A stretch of DNA of 64,000 nucleotides from Planctomycetota bacterium (GCA_038227875.1 JBBRPR010000015.1:32001-96000), one strand, 5' to 3'; positions 29,492 to 40,193 are shown, numbered from the stretch's first letter. Notes: generated from the letters alone by a model not told the origin. Translations and numbers: made by a program.

Positions 29492-31450
29492 TCACGCTTG
29501 CCGGATACGGTTGTGGCGGTAGGCCTCGACGACGCGTTCCAGCATGCGGATCTGCGCGCGGATCTGCGCGCCGCGCTCGGTGTCGCGGACGCGGTGTGGC
29601 GTCTCCCACGTTCGCACCACGGTTGTGGTGGGGATGATGTCCACACCGTCGCGAATCGCAGCTTCGACGGATTCGAAATGATAATGCGACGCGAGGAACG
29701 TCTTGTCCGCTTCCAGCACCAGCGTGTATCCGTGATCGCCGTACGCTTCCGAAAATGCACCGTCGATGGTGATTGCCTTGTTGCTGCGCTTGATCGGGTT
29801 CTCGCCCTTCTCGATTTTCACCGGCACGTGTCCGTTGACGATCAATCCCTGCTTCGCGTCGACGCCGAACTCGTTGAGCACTTTGTCGCAGAACGGAACT
29901 TCGTGGATCAGCGAGAAGTACGGATCCTTCTTCTCTTCATGCGTCGCCTTGTCGGCGATGAAGTAACTTTCCAGCGTCGCGATGCGGTCCTTCCCGAACA
30001 GCGGTGAGCGCGGACCGCTCCACAAATACCAAAGCATGTCGTTGCCCTTGTCCGTGGGCTTCTGCAGATTTCTGACAATCGCCTGCTCGATCGCTTCAAA
30101 CAGCGCGCGGCCGGAGTACGGCTTGCCATCGACGCTCATCGGCAGGAACGTGCCGTCGGAACTGCAGGGCACGCAGCCGTGGAAGATCAAATGGTTGTCG
30201 CGGCGCAGGTACATTGAGCCGTGGCTGACGATCGTGCGCATGTGGCGCGCCAGCTTTTCACTGCGCAGGAACGAGGTCCGGATGCGCTCCATGCACTTCT
30301 TTTCCTCGGCGGACAATTCGTACGGATTGGCCGGATCGATCGTGGGAAATTTGGTGTCCAGCAGCGGGTACGACTTGCCGTCGACTTCCACCGTGCCGGC
30401 CTTGTAATTGATCTTGTGCAGTAGGCGGCGGTGGTCGAGTTGCCATTCGGGATTGCGCGCGATCATCTGGCCTTCGAGCTTGAATTGGATGATGGCCGCC
30501 GCCTTCTGCATGCGCATCATCACGATCGCTTCGCGCAGGCCGGTGCCCTTGATCTTGAAGCAGTCGCACGGATCGTCCTCGTAGACTTCGCGTACGAGAA
30601 ATTCCAGCGGCTGCATGGTGATGCCGTAGCCTTCTTCCAACTGCGAGAGGCGGCGGTAGCGCATGGAGATGCGCAGCACGTGAGCGATCAGCGCGTCGTG
30701 GCCGAGCGCCGCACCAATCCACGCGACGTCATGGTTGCCGTAAACGAACGAGACATTGGGCTGCTGAAAGAGGTACTCAACGCAGTAGTCGCCGCGCGGG
30801 CCGCGGTCCCAGCAGTCGCCGTCGAGAATGATTTCGTTCACCGCGAGGTTGCGGATGGCGCGGCAGGTCAGGTGGATGAGATGGAGCACGCGGCCGCGGC
30901 GCGCGAGCTCGTCGATCATCGTGCGCGTGTATTCCGGCGACGGCGACAGCGGCTCCTGCAGAATTTCCGCCAGCAGGTTGCGGTAGTCGGACGGGAAAAT
31001 GCTGAGCGTGTGCCGCAGACTGTAGTTAGCCGCGACGACGCGGATGACCTTGAATAGATCATGGAGCACGCGCTGCGCGAAGACGCGAAGCTGTTCGGGA
31101 TCGGCGAGCTTCGCTTCCAGATGCTGGACCATCTCCGCCGGGTAGAAAATCAGCGTCAGAAACTCCTGGAACTGTTTCGGGTCCAGCTTGTCTTTGAACA
31201 ACCGCTCCACCAGCGGCCGGAGCGTGCCAGAGGCGTTGTTGATGATGTGACGGAGTTTTTTGTCTTCACCGTGGACGTCGCTGATGACGTGGATGGCACC
31301 CTTGGGCAGCGTGAGTTCCGCCGAGAGCCGCGCGATCTCGGCCATCGCCAGGTCCATGTTCGGAAAGTCGCGCGCCAGCGGCAGCAGCGCGGCGCGTTCG
31401 TCGGCCTGGCGTTCAATTTCGCTGGCGGTGGGTGTCGTCGGCGTGGCCAT
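29492..31450 (-). CDS. fbp: Fructose-1,6-bisphosphatase class III
   Basis: LTLPKGAIHVISDVHGE, GDCWDRGP, GNHD, AIIQFKLEGQ, FHGC, LWYLWSGPRSPLFGKDR, INGHVP-like VNGHVP and IDGAFSEAY. Confidence 0.93.
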   Translation of the reverse strand: MATPTTPTASEIERQADERAALLPLARDFPNMDLAMAEIARLSAELTLPKGAIHVISDVHGEDKKLRHIINNASGTLRPLVERLFKDKLDPKQFQEFLTLIFYPAEMVQHLEAKLADPEQLRVFAQRVLHDLFKVIRVVAANYSLRHTLSIFPSDYRNLLAEILQEPLSPSPEYTRTMIDELARRGRVLHLIHLTCRAIRNLAVNEIILDGDCWDRGPRGDYCVEYLFQQPNVSFVYGNHDVAWIGAALGHDALIAHVLRISMRYRRLSQLEEGYGITMQPLEFLVREVYEDDPCDCFKIKGTGLREAIVMMRMQKAAAIIQFKLEGQMIARNPEWQLDHRRLLHKINYKAGTVEVDGKSYPLLDTKFPTIDPANPYELSAEEKKCMERIRTSFLRSEKLARHMRTIVSHGSMYLRRDNHLIFHGCVPCSSDGTFLPMSVDGKPYSGRALFEAIEQAIVRNLQKPTDKGNDMLWYLWSGPRSPLFGKDRIATLESYFIADKATHEEKKDPYFSLIHEVPFCDKVLNEFGVDAKQGLIVNGHVPVKIEKGENPIKRSNKAITIDGAFSEAYGDHGYTLVLEADKTFLASHYHFESVEAAIRDGVDIIPTTTVVRTWETPHRVRDTERGAQIRAQIRMLERVVEAYRHNRIRQA

Positions 31451-31524
31451 GGAAGATCTCCCGCGGTCGTTGAGCGCTCGTCAATACATTGATGATCGAG
31501 TGGTAACCATAGTGCGCCGAAACG

Positions 31525-31824
31525 CTATTTGAAATCGTAAATCAGCACCTTCTGCCAATGCGCCTTATGCTTGGCGATGAATTCCAGATGCTTCTCGTGC
31601 TTCTGATAAACCTCGTGTCCCGCGTCGTCGTCGAGGATCACCGTCAATCCGACCGAGTACGAATTGTCCACCACTTCACGGGGCGTCATCGCCGGCTTGC
31701 CCGCCCAGAGCTGCTTGACCGATGGAATTCTCGTGAGCAAGTCATTGCAACTCGCAATCAGCGCCGCCTGCTCGGAAGCCGGCGTGCCTTCTTTCAGCCA
31801 GAAGTAAACGGAATGAATGAACAT
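31525..31824 (-). CDS. Dabb family (stress-responsive A/B barrel) protein
   Basis: MFIHSVYFWLK...IPSV...REVVDNSY...YQKHEKHLEF...YDF. Start ATG 31824 behind GGAGG. Confidence 0.9.
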   Translation of the reverse strand: MFIHSVYFWLKEGTPASEQAALIASCNDLLTRIPSVKQLWAGKPAMTPREVVDNSYSVGLTVILDDDAGHEVYQKHEKHLEFIAKHKAHWQKVLIYDFK

Positions 31825-31897
31825 GTCGTGATGCCTCCAGGAATGGTTGAATGCCACGTCTTATCGCGGGCGCTGGGAATGTGAAATGCCGTTTTAA

Positions 31898-32052
31898 ATC
31901 TCACGCAAAGCCGCAAAGAACGGCAACTGCAACGGCGGGAATGGGGATTCGGGAATCGGGAATCGTCGCACTCCGCATTCGGCGAATCCCGAGTCCCGAA
32001 TCCCGATTCCCGCAGTTGCAGTTCTTTGCGTCTTTGCGGCTTTGCGTGAGAT
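31898..32052. repeat. Nested-palindrome MITE-like element, copy 1
   Basis: 22-bp terminal inverted repeats ATCTCACGCAAAGCCGCAAAGA / TCTTTGCGGCTTTGCGTGAGAT enclosing inverted GGGA(A/T)TC heptamers. Confidence 0.85.
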
Positions 32053-32065
32053 AAAAAACCTCATC

Positions 32066-32947
32066 TTAAGCTTCGCGCGCCGACTCCGACTGCTTCCGGT
32101 ACTGCAGCGGCGTCATTTTGAAGCGTTCGCGGAAGCTGCGGTGGAAATGCGAGATTTCGCCGAAGCCGCTGCGCAGCGCGGTGTCGAGAATCGAAACGTT
32201 GGTGTGCTGCAGTAGTCCGGCGGCGGTGCGCAGGCGGGCTTCGACCAGGAGTTTGAGAAAAGTTTTCCCGCATGCTTCCTTCACGGCGTGGCCGGCGCGG
32301 CTTTCGCTAAGATGGAGAACCTCCGCGAGATCTTCCAGTCGGACCGGCTGTGTATGCCGCATGTGGATGAAGCTGCGGATCAGCGAGCGGCGGGTGGACA
32401 GGTCGTCGTGGAACTTGTCGCGGTGGAATGGCGAATCGGTGCCGACGACGGCCATCTCGGTGCTCCAAAGTCGCAAGCGCGCGGCGAGTTGGCGCAAATT
32501 TTCGAGCACTGATTGCGCCTCGTCGTCGTCGATGGGTTTGGCCGTCGCGGTGCCGCGTGGCCAGGGCGATTTTCCAGGCATCGGTTGCGTGTCGCGGGCG
32601 GCGATGCTTAAGCCCGATCCGGCGCTGCGCGGACCGGCGAAGAAAATCCATTCCAGTTCGTGCGCCTGAAAGACCGGCACGACGAATTCGACGATCCCCG
32701 CGAAGCACACGTTGACGCGGCCCTCGGGCAGTCCGGAAATCTCGCGGCGTAGACGGCGTACATCGAAGTTCACGCACGCTTCGCCGTGATTCACTTTCAT
32801 CGCCGCGCAGAGCGGGTGAATGTGCGTGGCACGCTCGGGCGGCAGGAACGGGATTAGCGATCCACGCAAGTCGTGAACCGTCACCCGCATCTGGGTAAGG
32901 CGCTCAAATGCCTCGATGGCCTGCTCCGGAACCGCGAATTTGTCCAT
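32066..32947 (-). CDS. AraC family regulator with a PocR-like sensor domain
   Basis: HIHPLC...C...CFAGIVEFVVPV sensor; LEDLAEVLHLSESR and SGFGEISHFHRSFRERFKMTPLQYRK. Confidence 0.9.
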   Translation of the reverse strand: MDKFAVPEQAIEAFERLTQMRVTVHDLRGSLIPFLPPERATHIHPLCAAMKVNHGEACVNFDVRRLRREISGLPEGRVNVCFAGIVEFVVPVFQAHELEWIFFAGPRSAGSGLSIAARDTQPMPGKSPWPRGTATAKPIDDDEAQSVLENLRQLAARLRLWSTEMAVVGTDSPFHRDKFHDDLSTRRSLIRSFIHMRHTQPVRLEDLAEVLHLSESRAGHAVKEACGKTFLKLLVEARLRTAAGLLQHTNVSILDTALRSGFGEISHFHRSFRERFKMTPLQYRKQSESAREA

Positions 32948-33069
32948 AGCTCAAACGATAGCAGAATTTGCAACGTTTTCAACTTTTTGCACAACTCCCC
33001 CCGGCGCAACCAGTGATAGATTACGTGCGATTGCTCGAAGACGAGCTTTCAACCAGAGGACCCACCGCC

Positions 33070-33915
33070 ATGGAATTCACCGCCATCACCGCCGAACAGC
33101 GCAAACAATTTTACGAACAAGGCTACATGATCGTGCGCAAGGCGCTCGACGTAGACCAGATCGCCCGCCTGATCGACGCTGGCGACCGGCTTGTCGCGAC
33201 GGATCGCCTGCGCGACCGCCAGCGCAGCAACGATGGCCAGTACGACGGCTTCCGCAACGTTATTGCGCTCGACGACGCGTACATTCCACTGCTCACGCAC
33301 AACAAAACCGTGCCGCTGATCGCGCAGCTCTTCGGGCCCAACATCCACCTCGCCACCAGCCACCTCATTTACAAGCAGGCCGACAAACCCGGCACGCCTC
33401 TCAATCGCCGACTACCCGGCTGGCATCGCGACGTCTCGGGCACGCCGGAAGATCTCGGCCACGCGTACCTGCCGCGCCTGGAAATGAAGTGCGCGTATTA
33501 CCTCACGGATTTAAGCGAACCGAATTCCGGCGCGACGTTGCTTTCGCCGGGCAGCAATCAGCTGAAGAAGCCGTTGGTGATCAACAAAGAGACCGGCGAT
33601 CCCGACAATGTGCTCGAACCCTTGTTGCAGCCTGGCGACGCGGTGTTTTTCGAGAACCGCACGTGGCACGCCGGCGGCCTGAATTTGACCGGCCGCATGC
33701 GCAAGGCGGTGATGTTTGGCTACGCGTATCGCTGGATGCGCCCGATGGACTACCTGATCCAGCCGAAGGAACTCGTCAGCAAAGTCGATCGCATCGGCCA
33801 GCAGCTGCTTGGCGCGACGGAAGATCCGGACGGCAAGTTCGTCGCCGGCGGTGGCGCGGAACCGCTGATCGAGTGGTGCACGAAGCACGGCGTGAAGTAC
33901 GAGCCGGTCGCGTGA
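33070..33915 (+). CDS. Phytanoyl-CoA dioxygenase (PhyH) family Fe/2OG enzyme
   Basis: QFYEQGYMIV, WHRD (HxD), YLTD, GAT...PGS and PGDAVFF...WHAG. Start ATG 33070. Confidence 0.9.
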   Translation: MEFTAITAEQRKQFYEQGYMIVRKALDVDQIARLIDAGDRLVATDRLRDRQRSNDGQYDGFRNVIALDDAYIPLLTHNKTVPLIAQLFGPNIHLATSHLIYKQADKPGTPLNRRLPGWHRDVSGTPEDLGHAYLPRLEMKCAYYLTDLSEPNSGATLLSPGSNQLKKPLVINKETGDPDNVLEPLLQPGDAVFFENRTWHAGGLNLTGRMRKAVMFGYAYRWMRPMDYLIQPKELVSKVDRIGQQLLGATEDPDGKFVAGGGAEPLIEWCTKHGVKYEPVA

Positions 33916-33986
33916 AAGTGGTAGTTTTTAACATTCAGGCCAATTGGCCTGAAGGTATACCCTGTGCCAATTGGCACAGCGGTCGG

Positions 33987-35813
33987 CTACTTGCCCGCCG
34001 CAATCTCGCTCACGTCGAAGCACGCGGCTTCTTCGCCGTTGCGCACAAAAAGTTTGCCGTGCGCGACGACCGGGTGGTTCCAGGTCTTGCCTTCGATGCC
34101 CGGAATCTTTCCGCGTTCGGTGTACGACGCGGGCTTGGCGTCGACGAGCGCGATCTCGCCTTTTTCGGAGAGGATCAGCAGCAGATCCTGATCGGCCAGG
34201 AGCAGCACCTGTCCGTTGCCGTAGCCGGTCGTGCGCCAGACGCTGCTGCCGTCGTCGAGTTTCACGCAGGTGAGGATGTTGCCGTCGAAGCCGTAGAGAT
34301 AGTCGTGATGGATGACCAGATCGTTGTAGTAGGGCTTGATCGCGGTGGTCTTCCACACCACGTCCGTCGACCACGTATCGCCCTCGTGCTTCACGCGCAC
34401 GCGCTGTGTGCCCATGCCGAAGCCCGTTCCCAGCAACAGATCGGTGTCGCTGACCACGGCCGGCTGCACCACGCGGCTCATTCCCGGAATAACCCATTTG
34501 TGCTGCCAGAGCACTGTGCCGGTCTTCATTGCGTACGACGAGATCCCGCGGTCGGTGGCGATCACGGCCTGCTCGACGCCGCACAGTTTCACCGACTGCA
34601 GCGAGCAGTAGCTCTGCGTCCCGTCGCCGCCCAACCATTTCGGCTCGCCCTTCTCGATGTCGTAACCCTGCACGCTCTTGCCGCTGGGACCGCCCACGAA
34701 TACGGCGACGATGCCGTCGGCAATCAGTGGCGAGGCAGCGAAACCCCACTGCGGAACTTTCGCACCGGAATCCGCGGCGACATCGCGCGTCCAGATTACG
34801 CTGCCGGTCAGCGCATCCAGGCAATTGAGTTTCCCGGTCGCGCCCTGCACGTAGAGCCGTCCGTCATGAAATGTGGGCGTGGCGCGCGGCCCCGGACCGG
34901 CCATGTTTTCCGTGAAACGCACCGGGTCGGCGTGCGCCCAGAGTTCCGTGCCGGTCGCCGCGTCGTAGCAGATCACGAGTTCGTTATCGCCGCGCTGCTC
35001 CTGCGTGAAGACGTGCGAACCAATCACCGAAAACGAAGACCAGCTCGGCCCGACGCGGTGTTTCCAGAGCAGCTTCGGTGGATGCGCGGCCCAGTCGGCA
35101 TTGATCTTCACGCCCGTCAGCCTGCCGTCGCGCTGAGCGCCGCGGAACGCCGGCCAGTCGCCAACGGACAATTCGAGTTTCGCCGGCTGAGCGGGGGTCA
35201 CAGGCGCGGCCGCTGGAGTTTTTTCCGTGGCCAATTCCGCGAGGTAGCGTTCTTCCGCCGTGGGGATCCAGCGCAACGTGAACTCCGCGGCAATGGTTCC
35301 GGTCGTGCCCTTCATGCGGAGTCCGTCAAGCCAGAACCACGCCAATACGGTGACCACCAGCAGGCCGGTGCGCCGTGTATTCCAGCTCAACGACGGCGTC
35401 AGCGCCATCCATGCGACTACCGCAGTGTTCGCAATCGGCAGCCCGTACATGATAATGCCATACAACCCGACGGTCGGATGCGACGCCAGCAGCGCTCCGA
35501 CGGCAGAGACTACGAATACCAGTACGACCAGCCAGCGTCCCTCGCGCGGCGCGCGGCTGGCGAACAACCACCAGATCAGCAGCCCAATCGTTCCCAACAC
35601 CGGTCCAAAAAACCAGCCCAGGAACTGTGTCATAGTCAACGGCGAAATCCGACCGGGAATCACGGTGATCAACCATTGCAGCACTACAATCAGAATGGCC
35701 GGCCAGAGTCGGAACGCCGAGCCGTCCGCAGGAACGACTTTGGATCGCGCCGACGACGGAGTAGGGGAGGTGGGTGTGCCCGAATCGAGGGACGCGGGAT
35801 TGGCGGTGCTCAT
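33987..35813 (-). CDS. Membrane-anchored PQQ-like beta-propeller protein
   Basis: About 5 N-terminal TMs; DWPAFRGAQRDG, GPRATPT, WGFAASP and TWNHPVVAHGKLFVRN. Confidence 0.88.
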   Translation of the reverse strand: MSTANPASLDSGTPTSPTPSSARSKVVPADGSAFRLWPAILIVVLQWLITVIPGRISPLTMTQFLGWFFGPVLGTIGLLIWWLFASRAPREGRWLVVLVFVVSAVGALLASHPTVGLYGIIMYGLPIANTAVVAWMALTPSLSWNTRRTGLLVVTVLAWFWLDGLRMKGTTGTIAAEFTLRWIPTAEERYLAELATEKTPAAAPVTPAQPAKLELSVGDWPAFRGAQRDGRLTGVKINADWAAHPPKLLWKHRVGPSWSSFSVIGSHVFTQEQRGDNELVICYDAATGTELWAHADPVRFTENMAGPGPRATPTFHDGRLYVQGATGKLNCLDALTGSVIWTRDVAADSGAKVPQWGFAASPLIADGIVAVFVGGPSGKSVQGYDIEKGEPKWLGGDGTQSYCSLQSVKLCGVEQAVIATDRGISSYAMKTGTVLWQHKWVIPGMSRVVQPAVVSDTDLLLGTGFGMGTQRVRVKHEGDTWSTDVVWKTTAIKPYYNDLVIHHDYLYGFDGNILTCVKLDDGSSVWRTTGYGNGQVLLLADQDLLLILSEKGEIALVDAKPASYTERGKIPGIEGKTWNHPVVAHGKLFVRNGEEAACFDVSEIAAGK

Positions 35814-35926
35814 GATTGACTCCAAACAGTTTGGGCAAAAATGTTAGCACGCAACGCTGGCGTCTCTAATTGATTTATGCGGGGCGGGCATTCAAGATCA
35901 TTGGAATCTTAAAAAGGAGCAATTTC

Positions 35927-36688
35927 ATGCGCATTAATCTCGACAAACGTGTGGCCGTGGTGACCGGCGCTTCCGGGGAGCTCGGCCGCGTTATCGCTCG
36001 AACGCTGGCGCAGTGCGGCGCAGATGTCGCCGTTCACTACCTCAATTCCAAAGACAAGGCCGAGCGCGTCTGTGCGGAGATCAAGCAGCTTGGCCGCCGC
36101 GCGATCACCGTCCAAGCCGACGTCACCGACAAGAAATCCGTCTTCGCGATGCGCGATGCCATCGCCAAAGATCTCGGGCACCCCAACATCATCGTCAACA
36201 ACGCCGTGATCCAGTACACGTGGACCAGTGTGCTGGAACAGGAACCTGCCGACTACGAGAGCCAGTTCAAATCCTGCGTGCTTCATAATGTGCTGATGGC
36301 CAAGGCCTTCGTCCCTGCGATGGTCGAAAGGAAATGGGGCCGCGTGATCGGGATCAACACCGAATGCGCGATGCAGAATTTCCCGTCGCAGTCCGCGTAT
36401 GTTGCCGGCAAACGCGGCATGGACGGCGTGCTGCGCATCCTCGCCAAGGAAGTCGGCGCGCACCAGATCACCGTCAACCAGGTCGCCCCCGGCTGGATGA
36501 TCAGCGAGCGCTTCCGCGAAGCCGGCACCGAACGGCAGGAAGCCTACGAGAAAAACGTCCCTCTTAAGCGGCGCGGCACCGACCAGAACATCGCCGACGC
36601 CGTCGCGTTCCTGGCCTCGGATCTGGCGGAGTTCATCACGGGAGCGTACCTGCCTGTTTGCGGCGGAAACGTGATGCCGGCGATATAA
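35927..36688 (+). CDS. Short-chain dehydrogenase/reductase
   Basis: TGASGELG, QADVT, VNNA, YVAGK and ITVNQVAPG. Start behind AAGGAG. Confidence 0.93.
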   Translation: MRINLDKRVAVVTGASGELGRVIARTLAQCGADVAVHYLNSKDKAERVCAEIKQLGRRAITVQADVTDKKSVFAMRDAIAKDLGHPNIIVNNAVIQYTWTSVLEQEPADYESQFKSCVLHNVLMAKAFVPAMVERKWGRVIGINTECAMQNFPSQSAYVAGKRGMDGVLRILAKEVGAHQITVNQVAPGWMISERFREAGTERQEAYEKNVPLKRRGTDQNIADAVAFLASDLAEFITGAYLPVCGGNVMPAI

Positions 36689-36770
36689 AGGGCGGTCTAA
36701 CAGAGTCATTGACCAATGACTCTGTTAAGCTCAAACTCCAGTTCTACGAAATTCCGCCGATACAGTACTC

Positions 36771-37349
36771 ATGAACCTCTTCCGCAAGAAGAAACTGTTC
36801 GTGGTGGTGTTGATTGCTCTGCTGACCGTTTCGCTGGTCGGCCTGACCGGTGTGGCGATTGTCGTGGATGGGCTGCACGACCGCATCGAGTCGGTCGACG
36901 TTGCCATCGTGCTCGGCAGCGCGGTCGACGAACATGGTGAGCCGTCGATCCGGCTGCGCGCGCGGTTGGACAAGGCGGCGGAGCTCTATCAGCGCAAACT
37001 TTTCAAGAAAGTGCTCGTCAGCGGCGGCGTCGATTGGCGCGGTTTTGATGAAGCGAAGATCATGGCGCACTACCTGTCCGTTCACGGTGTCGCCGACTCC
37101 GATATTCTCACCGACAGCGGCGGCCGCACGACGTGGCACACAGCTCAGAACGCCGTCGGAATTCTGCGCGCCAACGACCTGCATAGCGCGATGGCGATCA
37201 CGCAATACTTCCACATCTCGCGCACTCGGCTGGCGCTCCGCCACTTTGGCATCGATTGCCCTGCCAACGCGCACGCCGATCTCTTCGAACCGCGCGACGC
37301 TTACTCCACGCTGCGGGAGATTGTCGGGTACTACGCGTATTGGTTGTGA
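36771..37349 (+). CDS. YdcF/SanA/ElyC (DUF218) family protein
   Basis: DVAIVLG, LRARLD, VSGG, EAKIM, TQYFHISR and LRE. Confidence 0.9.
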   Translation: MNLFRKKKLFVVVLIALLTVSLVGLTGVAIVVDGLHDRIESVDVAIVLGSAVDEHGEPSIRLRARLDKAAELYQRKLFKKVLVSGGVDWRGFDEAKIMAHYLSVHGVADSDILTDSGGRTTWHTAQNAVGILRANDLHSAMAITQYFHISRTRLALRHFGIDCPANAHADLFEPRDAYSTLREIVGYYAYWL

Positions 37350-37407
37350 GGTTGGTGGATTCTAACCCTGTGACCAATTGGTCATATGGTCCGTGCATAG
37401 AATTTAG

Positions 37408-38769
37408 TCATACGGTTCTGGCCAACGTATCCTTGATCGCTCCGACCAGATACAGCGAGCCCGTGATCAGAATCAGTCCGTCAGATCCGGTGAGTTTCCG
37501 CGCCGCCGCGAGTCCGGACGAGGCGTCGGCAGATGTATGTACGGGAAGCTTTGAGAGCGTGCTCCACAGCTGCGCCAGATCAGCAGGCTCGCGACCGCGG
37601 ACGTTGCCGGAGTGCGTGAAGACGATCGCGTCGGGCTTGGCGTCGGCGAGCGCACGGAGCATCGCGCCGTGGTCTTTGTCTTTGGCGCACGCGAAGAGGA
37701 CGACGAACGGGCGGCTTGCGGGTTTCACGCGCGCCAGCAGTTCGTTGCAGACGAGTTTGATCGAGTAATCGTTGTGCGCGCCGTCGAGAATGAGGCGCGG
37801 CGCGGCGCTGACCTCCTCCAAGCGGCCCGGCCAGACGACGTTGCGTGAGCCGCTTTCGACTGCCGCTTGCGGGAGCGGACGGCCGCGGAGGTTGGCGTGC
37901 AGAATGTCGGCCATGCGCACGGCGGTGGCCCAGTTCTCGATCTGAAATGGGCCGTGCAAACCCAGCGTTGCGGTAAACGTGCGGCTGTCCGGCAGCGTGA
38001 TGGTGGCGCGCGGCAGCGGCCACGCGGTCGCCGTGTCTTCGGAATTGAGCGTGGTCACCTTCAGATCCGCGCCGACGAGTTCGAGCGGCGCGCCGACAGC
38101 CGTTGCTTTCTCCCGGATCGAACGCAGGGCTTCATCGCACTGCGGCGCGACGACGGCGGTGACGCCTTTTTTCAGAATGCCGGCTTTTTCGCCGGCGATC
38201 TCAGCGAGCGTATTGCCCAGAATCGCCATGTGATCGAAACTGATGCTCGTGATCGCGCAGACCACCGGCTGGACGATGTTGGTCGCATCCAGTCGTCCGC
38301 CGAGACCCACTTCCACCACCGCGCAGTCGACGTTCTCTTCGGCAAAGTGCGTGAACGCCAGATGCGTCAGGATTTCGAAGTACGTCGGCCGGCGTTCACC
38401 CGGCGGACGGTTGCGGAGTTCGTTCAACACCGGATGCGCAGCGGTGAGAATGCGGGCGAACGCGGATTCGGGGATCAGAGCGCCGTTGATCGAAATGCGT
38501 TCACGAATGTCCTGCAGATGCGGTGACGTGTACAGCCCCACGCGCAGGCCGGCGGCGGAGAGAATCGAGGCGGCGAAGGCACAGGTCGAGCCCTTGCCTT
38601 TGGTTCCGGCCACGTGGAGCGCCGGAAATTTTAGCTCGGGATTGCCCAGTCGACCGGCGAATTCGCGCACGCTGTCGAGCGTGATGACGGCGCGCGTCGC
38701 GGCGGTCTGAGCGCTGCGTTCCAGGTTGATGAAACTGTCGAGGTACGCGAGCGCTTCGGTGTAATTCAT
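37408..38769 (-). CDS. folC: Folylpolyglutamate synthase / dihydrofolate synthase
   Basis: HVAGTKGKGST, YTSPHL, EVGLGGRLDATN, EKAGI, WPGRLE, DGAHN and TGSLYLVG. Confidence 0.97.
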   Translation of the reverse strand: MNYTEALAYLDSFINLERSAQTAATRAVITLDSVREFAGRLGNPELKFPALHVAGTKGKGSTCAFAASILSAAGLRVGLYTSPHLQDIRERISINGALIPESAFARILTAAHPVLNELRNRPPGERRPTYFEILTHLAFTHFAEENVDCAVVEVGLGGRLDATNIVQPVVCAITSISFDHMAILGNTLAEIAGEKAGILKKGVTAVVAPQCDEALRSIREKATAVGAPLELVGADLKVTTLNSEDTATAWPLPRATITLPDSRTFTATLGLHGPFQIENWATAVRMADILHANLRGRPLPQAAVESGSRNVVWPGRLEEVSAAPRLILDGAHNDYSIKLVCNELLARVKPASRPFVVLFACAKDKDHGAMLRALADAKPDAIVFTHSGNVRGREPADLAQLWSTLSKLPVHTSADASSGLAAARKLTGSDGLILITGSLYLVGAIKDTLARTV

Positions 38770-38790
38770 CGGTGGCGGGCAAAGTCCGTT

Positions 38791-39720
38791 TTACTTGTCG
38801 AGCTTCGGTGCGCTGCCAGGAACCACGGGCGCAGGAACGCTCACGGTCAGACCCCGGCTGAGCTCGATGCGTGGCTCCACGTTTTCGCTCTGCACCGTTG
38901 CGCGGACCAGCTTATCGATGCTCTGCAGCAGGATCAGCAATTCAGGCAGCGAATCGATCGTGACCATGTTGGGACCATCGGACAGCGCCTTGTCAGGATT
39001 GGGATGCGCTTCCAGGAAGACACCGTCGACGCCCGTCGCCACGGCAGCTCGCGCAAGCGCCGGAACGTACTGACGTTCACCGCCGGACTTGGTGCCCTGG
39101 CCGCCGGGAATCTGGACGGAATGCGTGGCGTCGAAGATCACCGGGTAGCCCAGGCGCCGCATCGCGGGGAGGCCGCGCATGTCGTTGACCAGGCAATGGT
39201 AGCCGAAGCTGGTGCCGCGTTCAGTCAGGAGGATGTCGTCGTTGTCGGTGGAGCGGATTTTCTCGACAACGTTGCGCATATCGTTGGGCGCAAGAAATTG
39301 TCCCTTCTTAACGTTCACCACGCAGCCGGTCTTGCCCGCGGCAATCAGCAGGTCGGTCTGGCGGCAGAGGAACGCGGGAATCTGGATGATGTCGACCACC
39401 GCCGCAGCGGCTTCACACTGATCGGCTTCGTGCACGTCGGTGAGGATCGGGACATTCAGATCCTTTTTGATCTTGGCCAGAATTTCCAGGCCCAACTTGA
39501 GACCCGGGCCGCGGAAGCTCTGCGACGACGACCGGTTGGCTTTGTCGAACGAGGATTTGAAGATAAATGGAATGTTGGCGCGTGCAGCGGCTTCCTTGAT
39601 GCCGATGGCCGCTTCGTAGCAGGCTTCCTGGCTTTCGATCACGCAGGGACCGGCGATCAAAACCAGACCATTGCCTCCGCCGATGTTGACGGATCCAACT
39701 TTAATCTCTCGAGTCAGCAC
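38791..39720 (-). CDS. kdsA: KDO-8-phosphate synthase
   Basis: IAGPCVIES, FKSSFDKANRSS, IPAFLCRQTDL, KKGQF, DATHSVQ and SDG. Likely GTG start at 39720; short C-terminal extension. Confidence 0.97.
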   Translation of the reverse strand: MLTREIKVGSVNIGGGNGLVLIAGPCVIESQEACYEAAIGIKEAAARANIPFIFKSSFDKANRSSSQSFRGPGLKLGLEILAKIKKDLNVPILTDVHEADQCEAAAAVVDIIQIPAFLCRQTDLLIAAGKTGCVVNVKKGQFLAPNDMRNVVEKIRSTDNDDILLTERGTSFGYHCLVNDMRGLPAMRRLGYPVIFDATHSVQIPGGQGTKSGGERQYVPALARAAVATGVDGVFLEAHPNPDKALSDGPNMVTIDSLPELLILLQSIDKLVRATVQSENVEPRIELSRGLTVSVPAPVVPGSAPKLDK

Positions 39721-40193
39721 GGAACTTCCCTCTGGTTTACATAGCGACGACCTACTATTTAAGACATGGCGTGGCAATTACCAGTGCGGGCTGTTGCTTG
39801 CGTGGTTTTTTTGCGGCTAAGGAGTCTTGTAGCGAAGTCGATTTCAGTCTGGGTAAAAGTTGTCGGTTCTACAGGCCTAACGAAAGACCCAACGAACGAA
39901 TTGTATTCTATTGTGCATTGCAGCAATGGCATTGACTGTCTTTCGTCGCCGCTACCGACAACTTTTAGCCGGACTGATTCTAAGAACGACATAAGTTATT
40001 TCGCTCCAACATCGTTGCACTCGCCGGGAGCTGACCACTGACCCCTTTTCGCCGGACAGATAAGGAATACGTTGAAAGCGCATTCGCTCTCGACGCTTCG
40101 CACTGGCGGAGAGCCCAATTTTCATTCCCAAAAACCCGCTAAGTACGTTACACTCATGTGCGTCTTAAATTTTTGAACCTGGAGACCACGTCG

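Noticed and set aside
32916..35819. 967-aa plus-strand ORF
   Set aside because: Arg/Ala-rich shadow overlapping the PhyH gene in another frame and antisense to the propeller gene; no motifs.
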